From positions 32,366,001 to 32,430,000 of the forward strand of contig OZ249440.1 of NCBI GenBank assembly GCA_965235115.1: a stretch of 64,000 nt of DNA, given 5' to 3'. Made by a program: the position numbers and the translations under genes. The notes beneath the pieces are model-generated. The model saw only the letters and a program-made list of their open reading frames with translations, did not search any database and was not told the origin of the DNA. Each line of letters opens with the position of its first letter. Position 1 is the first letter of the stretch. Below, one piece after another: positions 62,383-64,000 of the stretch. Source of the DNA: Laetmonice hystrix. Taxonomy: Eukaryota.

Positions 62383-64000
62383 GGGCCTGTAACTCGAAGC
62401 AATACTAACGCACAACTAACTTTACGACAATACTTGCGCGCAACTAGTAAACTAGTAGTGTAACACGAAGCACAACTAAAATTTACGTTCAACTAACGCA
62501 ATACTAAATCTGGCACTTCTTACCAATATTTAGTTGCACGTTTGAGCACACGTAGCGCATTACTAAGAACGGTAACAGATAGAGCTGTTGTGTCGTCTGC
62601 TATGGCGTTGTACGTACACCTGAGGCAGAATGACCGGAGGCAGAGGCAACCGAATGTCGGAAGAATATTCCGAGACCGAACTAATCCCTTAGACACTTTA
62701 AGTGATGAACAGATAAGACAACGTTATCGGCTGGAGCAGCCTCAGATATTCGAGCTCTGCGACAATCTGCAAGATCAGCTTAAACGGGACACTCATCGGT
62801 CACGGTCGTTACCCGTAGCAATGCAAGTAATGGTCGCACTAAGGTACTTTGCCACAGGGAATTTTTTGGCTGTAAATGGTGATGTTCATGGCCTTAGTAA
62901 GATGTCCACCTCACGCTGTATCCATGGTGTATCTGCAGCTCTTTGCGAGCACAGTAACCGATATATTCACTTCCCGCACACTGTAGCCGAGCAGCGCGAC
63001 ATTAAGGCAGGTTTCTATGAAATGGCTCAATTCCCCAATGTGCTTGGGTGCATTGACGGTACTCTGATACCCATACGTGGTCCCAGCACTGACGAACATC
63101 TCTATGTATGCAGAAAAAACTATCACGCTTTGAATATCCAAATAGTAAATGATGACAAGTTACGGTTCACCAACATCGTTGTAAAATGGCCAGGAAGTAC
63201 CCACGACTCTTTCGTGTGGAATAACTGTGCATTAAAAGAGAAATTTGAGGAAGGAAACTTAACCAATGGCTGGTTGCTAGGTGACAGTGGGTACGCGTGT
63301 TCACCCTACATGATGACCCCAGTGATGAATCCTCGAACTGCATCTGATTGCCGGTACAACGTCAGTCAAAGCAAGACGAGAAACTCGAGTGAGCGATCAA
63401 TCGGGGTATGGAAAAGCCGTTTTCTGTGCCTGCATAAGTATGGGGGCTGTATGATGTTTGCTCCACCCAGATGTATTAAGATCATTTTAGCTACATCCAT
63501 CTTGCACAATATTTGTCAAGAAAATAATATCCCATTAGATGAGGTTCAGGATGAAGAAGATGCACACCACGGCGACGATGAAGCCAATGAAGAGATACCT
63601 CCGCTGGCCCTTGGAAACGGACTCCAAGTCAGGGCAGCATTGATTCGAGACGTGTTCAATGAATAAATTCCTTTTGCTCCCAGTTCCATACATTTGAACA
63701 AAGAAGTTACTACTACTAGGCCCATAGACACTATATCGAAATGTGCACATTGAAAAAAGATTTTTTATCTCTCATACATAATGGTCCTTCTATGGAAAGT
63801 AAAAACATGTAACTCTTAATAAGAGTGTTATATTACAAGCCAACACGGATATAGAAACCATTCGTCAAATTTCTTATTAAAGGAACATACAGTCAGCTAG
63901 TTAATCCTGTTTGTATGTCGACTATGTCTGTGTGTATGTAGCCGATTTAATTGATTTTAAGTTCACATTGAAAGATTAACCTATAACTTTAAGTAACTTT
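62383..64000 (+). mobile_element. PIF/Harbinger autonomous-type transposon (left part)
   Basis: CTG|GGGCCTGTAAC terminus, CAACTAA subterminal repeats, then the transposase ORF. Right end not seen. Confidence 0.75.
62602..63666 (+). CDS. Harbinger (HARBI1-like) DDE transposase, intact 354 aa
   Basis: ALRYFATG, FPNVLGCIDGT, RKNYHALNIQ, WPGSTHDS, LLGDSGY, ERSIGVWKSRF.CL, LHN; no stops or frameshifts. Confidence 0.95.
   Translation: MALYVHLRQNDRRQRQPNVGRIFRDRTNPLDTLSDEQIRQRYRLEQPQIFELCDNLQDQLKRDTHRSRSLPVAMQVMVALRYFATGNFLAVNGDVHGLSKMSTSRCIHGVSAALCEHSNRYIHFPHTVAEQRDIKAGFYEMAQFPNVLGCIDGTLIPIRGPSTDEHLYVCRKNYHALNIQIVNDDKLRFTNIVVKWPGSTHDSFVWNNCALKEKFEEGNLTNGWLLGDSGYACSPYMMTPVMNPRTASDCRYNVSQSKTRNSSERSIGVWKSRFLCLHKYGGCMMFAPPRCIKIILATSILHNICQENNIPLDEVQDEEDAHHGDDEANEEIPPLALGNGLQVRAALIRDVFNE

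Noticed and set aside
48075..64000. Further upstream guanylyl cyclase exons
   Set aside because: No MPRYCLFGDTVN, KVETIGD or SDIVGF coding sequence was found on the minus strand; presumably outside the window or missed.

Overview
Eukaryotic, transposon-saturated genomic DNA, most likely from an invertebrate animal (lophotrochozoan-like SINE and Helentron repertoire; this is inference). The ORF track misses one host gene: the last two coding exons of a receptor-type guanylyl cyclase on the minus strand (47983-48074 and 21078-21152), separated by a ~26.8 kb intron. The most striking observation is that the 2.9 kb 42-bp satellite in that intron (45093-47982) is a tandem amplification of the exon's own 3' end plus its splice donor, giving roughly 65-70 AAG|GTAAG sites next to the real one. 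The rest is nested mobile DNA: an env-bearing Ty3/gypsy element with LTRs, PBS and PPT plus two related remnants; I-group LINEs; tyrosine-recombinase (DIRS/Ngaro) retrotransposons; a CACTA/EnSpm element whose spliced accessory gene has a CIDE-N-like domain; a Polinton/Maverick DNA polymerase pseudogene; an intact Harbinger transposase; Kolobok-, pogo-, piggyBac-, hAT- and Helentron-like non-autonomous elements; SINEs; a 353-bp satellite of tRNA-like Pol III cassettes ending in a fold-back; and a 1.7 kb near-identical duplication. All family calls come from motif recognition by eye; no searches were run.
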